From a candidate division FCPU426 bacterium (GTDB taxonomy: Bacteria > Oederibacteriota > Muellerivitia > Muellerivitales > Muellerivitaceae): a stretch of DNA of 64,000 nucleotides. The stretch is taken from NCBI GenBank assembly GCA_963738405.1, contig CAVTWJ010000014.1, positions 96,001 through 160,000 on the forward strand, in the 5' to 3' direction. Within the stretch, counting starts at the first letter, position 1; the number at the start of each line of letters is the position of its first letter. This document shows positions 28,640 through 37,435 of the stretch, piece by piece. Under the pieces are notes generated by a model, which saw only the letters and a program-made list of their open reading frames with translations, was not told the origin of the DNA and ran no database searches. The translations under genes and the position numbers were made by a program.

Positions 28640-29236
28640 ATGAACCGTAAACGAACCTTTCTTTACCTGGCTTACTTTCTCCTGATTTCGGGCCGCGTCC
28701 CCTGCCCGGGCGCGCCCCCCTATTTGTCCGTGCCCGGCAAAGTCAAACTGGACGCGGTCTGGGTCAAGGAAGAAAGCCCGGAACTCTGCGGGCTCGCCGC
28801 CGTTGAAATGGTCACGGATTATTACGGCCAAAAACTAAACGATGGCCAGAAGGATTTGCTGAGGGCCTGCGCCAAAAAGGGATCGGGTATCAAGGGAAGC
28901 GACCTTTTGATGGTGATTCGGACCTGCGATTACGAGGGGGCGGTTTTTTACGGCACCCTCTCGCCGCAAGGCCCCGCCGGCCTCTACTACAACCTGGGCC
29001 AGCGCAGGCCGCTGATTGTGATGTTGACCTCAAAAGACGGCCGCAACAGCCAATACGACCTGGTCGTGGGTTACCACTTGAAACAAGGTAAAATATTCGT
29101 GCTCGACCCCTCCATCGGGCCCATGGCCTTTTCCATCAAGGATTTCGCCCCGGCCTGGGAAAGGGCCCATTTTTTTACCCTTTTGGCCATGCCGGAAAAA
29201 CGGGTGGATCCGCCCACGCCCTCCACCCGCCGCTGA
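28640..29236 (+). CDS. Peptidase C39-like papain-fold protein
   Basis: LCGLAAVEMV..YYG, RPLIV, YDLVVGY and FVLDP..G; N-terminal signal. Confidence 0.75.
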   Translation: MNRKRTFLYLAYFLLISGRVPCPGAPPYLSVPGKVKLDAVWVKEESPELCGLAAVEMVTDYYGQKLNDGQKDLLRACAKKGSGIKGSDLLMVIRTCDYEGAVFYGTLSPQGPAGLYYNLGQRRPLIVMLTSKDGRNSQYDLVVGYHLKQGKIFVLDPSIGPMAFSIKDFAPAWERAHFFTLLAMPEKRVDPPTPSTRR

Positions 29237-29259
29237 TTTCAGAAGGTTCTTTCTAAAAC

Positions 29260-29292
29260 AAAAAGCCCTCCCCATTCGGGGCGGGCTTTTTT
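29260..29292. terminator. Bidirectional terminator
   Basis: aaaaagccctcccc-attc-ggggcgggcttttt. Confidence 0.8.
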
Positions 29293-29319
29293 ATTGCTAT
29301 TAGTTGCCGTTGGACTTCG

Positions 29320-30984
29320 CTAATTCGCCTTTTCCACCCTAAAAACCTTGGGGCCCTCGGGGTAATCATCCACCCAAATCTTCACCGTGACCGGCTCGGT
29401 GGAAACCACTTCCCCCTGGTAATGCAAATCGCTTTGGGTAGTCACAATTCCCCGCACCAAAAACTGGTCCGAAGTGCGGTCACTGCCCAGCCATTGGATA
29501 GGCTGGGTGGGTTTGAAATCGGCGTTCCACTTCTTGTCCTGGATTTCCTGGATCTTGGCGGGCGGATAATTTTCGTAGAAGAACCTGTCCTGGTAGTTCT
29601 CGAAGAGTTCGCCCTTCAAATTCCCCATCCAGCCCTGGATATCGTGGTAGCTGGGGCCGAAAAGATAGTCGATAAAGCCCTTTACGAATAACAGGTGCGC
29701 CTGGACCCTGGCTTGATCCTTGGGGGATAGGGCTAATCCGGTAGGTGAAGGCACCTGTGTCTGGGCCACAAGCCCAGACACACGGTTTGGTTGTGCCGGT
29801 TCCTTAGTGGAACCGGCCAAATGGTGGTGGTTCTTTTTGGCGAATGAAGTATTAACCACAGGGGTTGGAACAGACGCAGGGGGCATTTCAACCACCTTTG
29901 GGGCCGATTCACTTTCTTTTTTCGTTTCAGTCGGCAAAAGGCGGCCCAATAGGGGCATCCACATTCCTCGGAAGTACCAACTAGCCCCCAACAAAACCGC
30001 GATAAAAATGATCCAACCTAAATCCTGTTTAAAAATCTTGTGAATCGACCAGATCAAAACCGCGCCTACTGCCAACACCACCAGAGGATTGGCGAGGGCC
30101 TTCGCCAAAACCCATAGGATCAAACGGATCGCCAAGTGGAACAGGAAAGACCAGGTATTGTCAATCAAGGGGCCCACGATGGGGATGAAGTGGCCGATGA
30201 AGCTGAGGATGCCGACGATACTGCTATAGGAAAACAGCACGCAAAACCAATAGAGCCCCCAATGCCCGAGAAAACGAAAGAGGTTTGGAGTGGACGAAGA
30301 ACCCCCATGCTTTCGGCTGGAACGTGAGTGGAGGGGGCAAAAATAGCCCGCCGTGGCCTTGGCGCCTTCGTGGACGTACTTGTGGATCAAACGGGCTGTG
30401 AATTTGAGGCTTGTCAACAGGCCTTTACCGCCTGCTTTTTGAAGCTGTTTGAGAGCCTTTTGGGCGCCCTTTCCTTTTTTCTTTTTCTTCTTTCCCGGTT
30501 CAGCTTCGGTTTCTTCCTCCTGACCCTCCTCCTCATCCTCTTCGGGTTCTTCATCGTCCCCGGCCTTGCGGCTCTTTCGCTTGACCTTCGTATGGTCGAA
30601 TTCCTGGGCCGGTTTGCCGCTGGCGATATGGCTAACCAAGGCGTCTATTTGCAGTGGTATTAAATGACGGGCAATGACCTGGTCCAGGGATTCATGGAGT
30701 GCCTTGGGAAGATCGGGCACCTTGCCTCTTAGTTTGGTTAAAGATAAGGCGCAGTTTGATGAAAGGATGAAAGGTGGGTTGGATTGGGCCGCTTGGCGGA
30801 CCTTGTCTAGGGCCGCAGGATCAAAACAGGCATTTATAGCGAGAAGAGTGGTGATATGACTGTCTTTCAGTTGAAGGGCAGCTTTTAGTACCTCTCTCTT
30901 GGGCTTCTTACCCTCTCGGAATTGGGCTTTTAACGCCTCTAGCTGATCTAGCCAATCAAGGGTTTCAGGATTCACATTACCCAT
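29320..30984 (-). CDS. Membrane protein: ParB/Spo0J-like HTH region + 3-4 TM helices + VirB8/NTF2-like C-terminal domain
   Basis: GGAGGTG RBS before ATG 30984. N-terminus ETLDWLDQLEALKAQ..REVLKAALQLKDSHITTLLAI..LSSNCALSLTKL parallels the ParB HTH region. TM block, Pro-rich linker, alpha+beta C-domain. ORF is solid; domain calls are by eye. Confidence 0.6.
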   Translation of the reverse strand: MGNVNPETLDWLDQLEALKAQFREGKKPKREVLKAALQLKDSHITTLLAINACFDPAALDKVRQAAQSNPPFILSSNCALSLTKLRGKVPDLPKALHESLDQVIARHLIPLQIDALVSHIASGKPAQEFDHTKVKRKSRKAGDDEEPEEDEEEGQEEETEAEPGKKKKKKGKGAQKALKQLQKAGGKGLLTSLKFTARLIHKYVHEGAKATAGYFCPLHSRSSRKHGGSSSTPNLFRFLGHWGLYWFCVLFSYSSIVGILSFIGHFIPIVGPLIDNTWSFLFHLAIRLILWVLAKALANPLVVLAVGAVLIWSIHKIFKQDLGWIIFIAVLLGASWYFRGMWMPLLGRLLPTETKKESESAPKVVEMPPASVPTPVVNTSFAKKNHHHLAGSTKEPAQPNRVSGLVAQTQVPSPTGLALSPKDQARVQAHLLFVKGFIDYLFGPSYHDIQGWMGNLKGELFENYQDRFFYENYPPAKIQEIQDKKWNADFKPTQPIQWLGSDRTSDQFLVRGIVTTQSDLHYQGEVVSTEPVTVKIWVDDYPEGPKVFRVEKAN

Positions 30985-31036
30985 ATAGGTCACCTCCATA
31001 GAGATAAAACGGCTTTTATACATTTCCAGATCAAAC

Positions 31037-31330
31037 CTGCCGGTGGCTTTGCCCCTTCCGCCGGTAGGTTCACGGCGTTCTGCCGGCGGCTTTGCCCCTT
31101 CCGCCGGTAGGTTAAAGGGGTTCTGCCGGTGGCTTTACCCCTTCTGCCGGTAGGTTAAAGGCGTTCTGCCGGTGGCTTTACCCCTTCTGCCGGTAGGTTA
31201 AAGGCGTTCTGCCGGTGGCTTATCCCATTCTGCCGGTAGGTTAAAGGGGTTCTGCCGGTGGCTTTACCCCTTCTGCCGGTAGGTTCACGGCGTTCTGCCG
31301 GTGGCTTATCCCATTCTGCCGGTAGGTTCA
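31037..31330. repeat. Tandem array of about 7 x 43 bp, comprising 14 near-palindromic CYGCCGGYRG cores at alternating 21/22-bp spacing
   Basis: Cores start at 31037, 31058, 31080, 31101, 31123, 31144, 31166, 31187, 31209, 31230, 31252, 31273, 31295 and 31316. Confidence 0.97.
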
Positions 31331-31523
31331 GCGATGCCATTAACCGGGTTGGGGTATCAGCCAGTCGATCCGGCCATGCCCCCTAGCTAAAGATTATTAT
31401 TTTCAAAAATGGGAGGTTTTCAATTCACATTCGTGAACTTTGATTTGTTTTGGGGTTGGCTGGTAAAAAAAGGGGCTAAATCGGCCAAAAAAAGTACAAA
31501 AACGATCATCCACGAACTTGTAT

Positions 31524-32015
31524 CTAAAGAGGTTTTGGCATTTTCACCCATGGGCAATTTTGTTGGATATAAAAAAGGATATCAAACAAACCCTCCATGT
31601 CCATTACGGGAAAAGTACCCTGTCGAACTCGAAACTCGTAAACGTAGCCGGTCTTTTCAAGGCCTCCCCCGAACCTCCCTCCTACGATCCCGTATCTTTC
31701 GACCTTGGCGATTTCTTGAACCTCCCTTAAAGGAATCATCAAGTTTTGGGAAGGGGACCGCAAGGTGAGGAAGCCCTTTTCGTCGTCCAGGAACACCCCA
31801 TTGGCGGTTTTCATGATTTTTTGAACGCCCGACCATCCCGCGATATCGGCCCCAAGGATCAAGGCCAGGTATAAAACGGAGGTTCCGCCGGGCCCTTGGC
31901 CGCGCAAGAGGCTCCCGATCATGTCAAAAATAAGGTTTAAGGTTCCGATAAAAAAAACAAAAACAATCAGGAAGAAGGGCCCGTTTTTCAACATCGATTC
32001 ACGGCAGGCAATCAT
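31524..32015 (-). CDS. Two-TM membrane protein with a soluble beta-rich tail (candidate immunity protein)
   Basis: Two hydrophobic helices; start lies 13 bp after the stop of the M48/PT-TG gene. Confidence 0.6.
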   Translation of the reverse strand: MIACRESMLKNGPFFLIVFVFFIGTLNLIFDMIGSLLRGQGPGGTSVLYLALILGADIAGWSGVQKIMKTANGVFLDDEKGFLTLRSPSQNLMIPLREVQEIAKVERYGIVGGRFGGGLEKTGYVYEFRVRQGTFPVMDMEGLFDILFYIQQNCPWVKMPKPL

Positions 32016-32028
32016 GGTGCCGGCCCCC

Positions 32029-33720
32029 TTATTTTTTATAGGCAATGACCCCGAATTTTTCAAAGGCCCTTAATATCGAGCCCTGATAGACCGGAACTTT
32101 TTTCACATCCAGGATGCCCCCGATTGAATCGGAGGCGGAGGGATAATGATCCAAGAGGATTTCCCCGTCTTGGGTCGTTACCTGGAAGTAGGTTTGATCG
32201 GAGGTTGTCTCCATGCGGTAAACCCCCTTCCATGGCGGAACCGTTCCATCATCGACCCTGGACCAATTTTTTCCCCGATCCAGCACTCCGCCCGCCGATT
32301 GGATGCTGTCATTGACGTTTTGGTCGATATCCGCCCCCAGATCCTTGGCGATGGATGCCAATGAATCGCCATAGGATTGGACCGTCGTCACGTTGCCCGC
32401 GGCTCCCGCGGCGAAGTCCAACGCCACGTTCTGTCCCGTTTGAACCGCAACACCGCCGATGAGACTCAATTGCCGGTCGCTCAAACTGAGATCCCCATGG
32501 GTATAAAAATTCTTGCCCGTAAGCCCCTCCCCGAAGCTGACCACATTGCCCACGACCGGCACACCGCCCACCACGAGATGGGCAAGCGCGTCCTTAATCC
32601 GTTTTTCATAATCCTTAGGGATGTAACCGCCCGAAAAGGGGGAATCTTGGTAGACCGGTTCCGACATGAATTGAGGGTCCGCGGCGGGAACCAAACCGGA
32701 TTCATCCGCTTCCATTGAAAAATCGGATTTTCGCTTTTGATAAAGCGCGGAGAATCGATTCATCATTTCAACGAATTCCTGGGCGGGCATCGGTTTCGCG
32801 GCCGTGAGATAGGGCTGGGCCGCGCCGGCTATCCTCTCGAATTCATCCTCCCCGCCCTCCCCCGTATGGATGGCGGATAAACCCGCCATGGCCGTTTGGA
32901 ATTCTTTCTTACCGGCGGTTCCCTTACCCGGCTGATAACCCAAGTCTTTCAGGTATTGCCTCAAATGGGCCGCGCGCTCGTCCAGCGTTTTGTGGGAGGC
33001 GACCAGGGAACCGGCATGGTAGAGGGCATCCGCGTTCACCCTTTGGAGAAGGCGGTCGAACAAATCGCATAAAGCATAGGGGTCATAACCCGCTTTCGCG
33101 GCCAAAACCGCGCCGTACTCGTCCGCGGCCTGTTCCTTGTCCTGTTCCCAGCCCGAGGCCGCTATTTTTCGCTGCACCGCGCTGAGGCTTGAGACCACTT
33201 CGCTTCCCGCCAGGTTCGCGCCGATATTCAAAAGTTTCTGGCCCGTGTTTTCCTCGTACATCTTGGAGCAATGGCCGAGGTCCTGGTGGCCGATTTCATG
33301 GCCGATGAGGCAGGCCAGCTCGGCTTCGTCCGCAGTCATATTGAGCATGCCCCGGGTAAAGTAAATGACCCCGGTATCGCACATCGACAAACCCTGCACA
33401 CGGGCGGTATTGAGGATGACGACGGACAGCCCGTGGGTTTTCGCCAAGGGAAACAGATTTTGTCCCACCGAGCGGACATAACTTTGCAGGGTTTGATCCG
33501 GAAGGGGGATGTAGCTGAAATCATCTGGTTTTTCCGAGGCCGACACAACTTGGCTGGCGGCGGCGGTGACTACGTTGGCTGGGGTAAAAACGGCGCCCGC
33601 GTAGTTGGAAAGGGTTGAACAGGATGTGTTGAATAAAAGAATCGCCGGGGAAAAGAAGAGGACCGTCCTCACTCCCCAACGGGGACAATGATTTCTATCG
33701 TGGATGTTTTTTCCCATCAT
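32029..33720 (-). CDS. M48 (BepA/YfgC-like) metallopeptidase lipoprotein with a pre-toxin TG-like segment and C-terminal extension
   Basis: Lipobox-like FNTSC, ELACLIGHEIGH, EQAADEYG..LAAKAGYDP, SHKT..ER; then VPVVGNVVSFGEGLTGKNFYTHGDLSLSDRQL. Confidence 0.8.
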   Translation of the reverse strand: MMGKNIHDRNHCPRWGVRTVLFFSPAILLFNTSCSTLSNYAGAVFTPANVVTAAASQVVSASEKPDDFSYIPLPDQTLQSYVRSVGQNLFPLAKTHGLSVVILNTARVQGLSMCDTGVIYFTRGMLNMTADEAELACLIGHEIGHQDLGHCSKMYEENTGQKLLNIGANLAGSEVVSSLSAVQRKIAASGWEQDKEQAADEYGAVLAAKAGYDPYALCDLFDRLLQRVNADALYHAGSLVASHKTLDERAAHLRQYLKDLGYQPGKGTAGKKEFQTAMAGLSAIHTGEGGEDEFERIAGAAQPYLTAAKPMPAQEFVEMMNRFSALYQKRKSDFSMEADESGLVPAADPQFMSEPVYQDSPFSGGYIPKDYEKRIKDALAHLVVGGVPVVGNVVSFGEGLTGKNFYTHGDLSLSDRQLSLIGGVAVQTGQNVALDFAAGAAGNVTTVQSYGDSLASIAKDLGADIDQNVNDSIQSAGGVLDRGKNWSRVDDGTVPPWKGVYRMETTSDQTYFQVTTQDGEILLDHYPSASDSIGGILDVKKVPVYQGSILRAFEKFGVIAYKK

Positions 33721-33741
33721 ACGTCCCCCGCCTAACCCGGT

Positions 33742-34218
33742 TCATTTGCTAGAAAATGAGTTCCCCAACCCAGGAACGGCGTCTCCATCCTGGGCGATCC
33801 CGAAAAAGGATTGGGCCTGTTTCGAGAGTTGAAATTCCTGTCCCAGGCTTTCCACCAGCGCTTTTTGGATGTCCCCTGGATTCTTGAATTTTTTCGAAAG
33901 GCCCTTCCACTCCCCGCTCAACAAACGGCTGAAACCTTCCTTTCGGCAGGCGAGGGGCAGTTCCCAGGCGCAGTCATCGGAATTTTCAATCAGGCCGTCT
34001 TCGCATAAAAAGTTCATGAAATTGACCGAAACATCCTGCGCATCATCCTCCGATTCTTTGACGACCGCGATTAACGATTGGCGGAAAGTCTCAGCCGCCC
34101 TGTCGAACTTTTTTTGGTTTTCGGGGCCCCGCAAACCATTAAAAAACGAATCAATCTCGGCTTGGTTGCCGATTTCCTTGGCCTTTTCTTTTCCGCCAAA
34201 CAGATCGAAGATTCCCAT
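33742..34218 (-). CDS. Hypothetical protein
   Basis: AAGGAG RBS, MGIFDLFGGK start, within an operon. Confidence 0.65.
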   Translation of the reverse strand: MGIFDLFGGKEKAKEIGNQAEIDSFFNGLRGPENQKKFDRAAETFRQSLIAVVKESEDDAQDVSVNFMNFLCEDGLIENSDDCAWELPLACRKEGFSRLLSGEWKGLSKKFKNPGDIQKALVESLGQEFQLSKQAQSFFGIAQDGDAVPGLGNSFSSK

Positions 34219-34242
34219 ATTTGACTCCTTTTCTTTTCCCTA

Positions 34243-35025
34243 TTAATTTTTATTTCCGTTGAAATTTCGCGTTTTGATCAAGAGCCGAAGAATTTCGATA
34301 TAAACCCAGACCAAGGTCACCAGAAGGGCATAAGCCCCGTACCATTCCATATATTTGGGCGAATGGGAATTGCAGTACTGGCTGATGAACTCAAAATCCA
34401 TCACCAGGTTCAAGGCCGCGACCGCCACCACCACCAGGCTAAAACCTATGCCGACCGGACCCGAGCCGTTGATGTAGGGAACCTGGATATGAAAAAAGAC
34501 GCCCAGGATGAATTCAACCAAATAGAGAAGGAAGATCGCCAGGGTGGCGCCGCCCACCACCATCAGGAAGGTGTTATTCACCTTGATGATGCCGGACTTA
34601 TATAAGAAGAACATGGCGCACATCACGCCGATGGTAAGCCCGATCGCCTGGATTACGACCCCGTGGTAGAACTGTTCGGTCCAGATGGCCGACCCGCCCA
34701 ATAAGATCCCTTCCGAAATGGCGAAGAGCGGGGCCAGGACCGGCGACCAGCTTGGCTTGAAATAAAGGATAATCCCCGTCAGCAGAATGATGATGAGCGC
34801 CGCGATAAAAACCGGTATCGCCCCCACCAGCAAAAGGGGGTTGTGCAGAACCATCCAGTCAAAGGCCCCGCCAGCCAAGACCAAAAGAATCAGGAGTCCG
34901 ATTTTGTCGATGGTACCCTGCAAGGTCATGGTTTCCATGCCCCTGGCCGCGTCCTGATTGTCGAAAACGCTTTGGTTGATCGTCGGATTGCCGGAGCGAA
35001 ACACCGAAGAAATTCCGTTTGCCAT
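34243..35025 (-). CDS. Bax inhibitor-1/YccA family membrane protein
   Basis: RSGNP, MTLQGTIDK, LNLVMDF and PKYMEWYGAYALLVTLVWVYIEILRLL. Confidence 0.9.
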   Translation of the reverse strand: MANGISSVFRSGNPTINQSVFDNQDAARGMETMTLQGTIDKIGLLILLVLAGGAFDWMVLHNPLLLVGAIPVFIAALIIILLTGIILYFKPSWSPVLAPLFAISEGILLGGSAIWTEQFYHGVVIQAIGLTIGVMCAMFFLYKSGIIKVNNTFLMVVGGATLAIFLLYLVEFILGVFFHIQVPYINGSGPVGIGFSLVVVAVAALNLVMDFEFISQYCNSHSPKYMEWYGAYALLVTLVWVYIEILRLLIKTRNFNGNKN

Positions 35026-35036
35026 GATCGTCCCCT

Positions 35037-35408
35037 TTACTTTTTCTTGGGTTGGGATTTTTTAGCCGACCCCATCAGAAACAAATAAGGCGCGGCCTGA
35101 AGAATCGCGATGGGGGCGAAGAGGCAGACCGCCATGATGACAATGGACTTGGGGGTGTCGCGCATCATGAAAGATTCGTTGAAACCCCTGTAGTTGTAGA
35201 GGAAGTAGTAGCCATAGGCCACCGCCGCGGCCAGCAGGGTCTTGGCGATGTAATAAATGCGAAAACTGTCGTTGCCCGATATGGATTTGAACAGGTTAAT
35301 GAGAGCGCCGAATATCGCGACACAACCTAAAACCGCCGCGGAGGCGCAAAGGATGATGCTTCCCCATTTCATGACGATTTCAATCAGGATTGCGATGGTG
35401 TGGTTCAT
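35037..35408 (-). CDS. Three-TM hypothetical membrane protein
   Basis: Hydrophobic helices; within an operon. Confidence 0.6.
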   Translation of the reverse strand: MNHTIAILIEIVMKWGSIILCASAAVLGCVAIFGALINLFKSISGNDSFRIYYIAKTLLAAAVAYGYYFLYNYRGFNESFMMRDTPKSIVIMAVCLFAPIAILQAAPYLFLMGSAKKSQPKKK

Positions 35409-35426
35409 AACCCGTTCCTTTAAAAA

Positions 35427-36182
35427 TTATTGATAGGTGAGGACTAACTGCGGATGGTTAGACGCGGTCGAGTCGTTGTAAGGGAAAAAACGAACTAAAG
35501 AGGAAGGGCTCTCATTAAATTCTCCCTCGCTCTTTAAAATGATGCCGTTGTTATTCCCCGCCAGCCAGTTTTGAACCATGGAAGAAGCTATCGTCCAACG
35601 ATAGAAGTTGGACTGCCCATTAGCGGAAGAACTCAGAACAACAGTGCTTACGGTAGTGGGATTGATAAGGCCGAGCTGACCACCCGAAGAATCACCATCA
35701 CAAGAATTCCATCCATTTGAAGCGTTGTAGGTAACCCAATCCGCCCCAGCTGTCCAAACACAAGTAGGCAACAAAGAAGAAGCTAAATCATGAAGTCCTA
35801 CCGTAACAGGGTTTGTTCCAATATTTGTTTGCGTTTCGGATTTCAAAATTAATTCGGCTGAAATAATTTGAGCGTTTACCGGAACAGAAGAAACATCAAA
35901 ACGAATAAGAATTCTTGCGTAATTGGTATAGGAGGTTCCTGTGGTAATTTCCAAGGCAGGAGCTGAATTTTCAGAGGTAGTGGAAGCTCCACCATTTATC
36001 CATGTATCGATTTGTCCCGTATAGGACGAAGTCGGAAAAACCCCATTTTGAAAACTGGCCTGAAAGACAGTCGGTCCCGCAGGGCCGGTAGGGCCTTGGG
36101 ATCCATTGGCTCCATTCGTCCCGTTTTTCCCATCGCATCCCAAAAATAATAAACATACAACACCCAATAAAATAAAACGCAT
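35427..36182 (-). CDS. Lipoprotein with a short collagen-like repeat and a DNRLRE/CBM96-like domain
   Basis: Lipobox FLGC, GKNGTNGANGSQGPTGPAGP, DTWI, RILIRFDVSSVP..ISAEL, VQNWL..NNGIIL, HPQLVLTY. Confidence 0.8.
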   Translation of the reverse strand: MRFILLGVVCLLFLGCDGKNGTNGANGSQGPTGPAGPTVFQASFQNGVFPTSSYTGQIDTWINGGASTTSENSAPALEITTGTSYTNYARILIRFDVSSVPVNAQIISAELILKSETQTNIGTNPVTVGLHDLASSLLPTCVWTAGADWVTYNASNGWNSCDGDSSGGQLGLINPTTVSTVVLSSSANGQSNFYRWTIASSMVQNWLAGNNNGIILKSEGEFNESPSSLVRFFPYNDSTASNHPQLVLTYQ

Positions 36183-36197
36183 AGACCTCTCCTTTAC

Positions 36198-37322
36198 TTA
36201 ATAGATGGTGACAACAATATTGTTGGACCAGCCTGAAGAAAGACTCAGAGAACAACTGCCACAAGTCCCCTTCGGCCAGCCGCTTTGAATGGTTGTGGGG
36301 ATTCCATTTGGAAGGGTAAGGATCGTCGTGAGGGTGATGGGTTGTTCATAACAGTAAACAACCGCGTTTTGGCCGGCGTTGTTGGCCCAAGATACGGCTT
36401 GGCCGCTGGTTAAAGAAAAGGTTTGGGTGTTGGTTCCGCCGGTACCGATCACCGGCTCGTTGAATTGACCGGTGATCGAATAGTTTGTTCCGCAATCGCT
36501 GGAGGCATTGAGGGAGTAGCCAATTTCCCAACCAGTGTTTCCGACATTATCCGGTCCAATTGAAGCCGTAACCGTCAACGGCACGGTGAAGGAACGGAAT
36601 AAAGTGGTTGGATTAGAAAGAATATTAACCCCCAAATAATCGGCCGCAGAAAAAGTAACCGGAAAATTTACGGGATAGCAGGCGCTTTTCGTGAAAGTGA
36701 CCGGCAAAACACTCACACCGCTTCCCATTACAAATGTGGATGGCGAAGCGACAAAAGCTCCCGGAAGGGACAGGGGGTAGACAGAAACAGGGACGCTCAG
36801 GTTATTCGGTTGGTTATAACCAAGCGTTACTGTGTAGCTGGTTCCCAATGAAACCAGCGGGAATGTACCAGAGAACCCGCTAGCCGAAAGCGACTCGTTC
36901 CCAGCGGTAAAAGTCACCGTATAGGAAGATCCGCCATTGACGGCAAAACTTTGATAACTGTTGTAATACCTGCCTTGAGTCGGCACACAGGCCTTCCAGG
37001 TTCCATTGATTAAATTAGGGGGATTAAAAGCGGCGTAAAAAACATTGGGTTGCGTTGTTACGGGTGAGGAAGTAGTTAAGGTATTCCCAAGAGGATCAAT
37101 GAGCATGACCGTCACGCCTATTTGGGGCGTTATGTCTTTATTTACAAAAACCTCAATGGAACCGCTCACCGGCGTTGGAGTGGGCGTCGGAATATCCACT
37201 CCGTTGGGAGCATAGGCCCCAAAAGGTGAATCCGTCTTTTTACAGCCGACATGCCCCGCCCATAGCAGGGCCAGCATTGTCAGCCCTATCGCGGTGGCGC
37301 CAACCACCCGCCGGTTTTTCAT
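36198..37322 (-). CDS. Secreted/lipoprotein with beta-rich Ig-like domains
   Basis: Lipobox-like HVGC, PTPTPTP linker, Ser/Thr/Val-rich strands. Confidence 0.7.
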   Translation of the reverse strand: MKNRRVVGATAIGLTMLALLWAGHVGCKKTDSPFGAYAPNGVDIPTPTPTPVSGSIEVFVNKDITPQIGVTVMLIDPLGNTLTTSSPVTTQPNVFYAAFNPPNLINGTWKACVPTQGRYYNSYQSFAVNGGSSYTVTFTAGNESLSASGFSGTFPLVSLGTSYTVTLGYNQPNNLSVPVSVYPLSLPGAFVASPSTFVMGSGVSVLPVTFTKSACYPVNFPVTFSAADYLGVNILSNPTTLFRSFTVPLTVTASIGPDNVGNTGWEIGYSLNASSDCGTNYSITGQFNEPVIGTGGTNTQTFSLTSGQAVSWANNAGQNAVVYCYEQPITLTTILTLPNGIPTTIQSGWPKGTCGSCSLSLSSGWSNNIVVTIY

Positions 37323-37435
37323 AAACCCGCTCCAAAACGAATAAAAAAATCATTGCAAGAATTTAAAAAAATGTACAATAATTCAGCAATTTTTTAAACA
37401 GAATTTTTACTTCTTTTCGTCATTACAGGTGTCAC

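Noticed and set aside
31037..31330. CRISPR array interpretation of the repeat
   Set aside because: Linkers are only 11-12 bp and recur rather than being unique spacers; no cas genes recognised in the window.
31155..31340. 61-aa ORF across the repeat
   Set aside because: The 43-bp period shifts frame in every unit, so the ORF is a by-product of the repeat.
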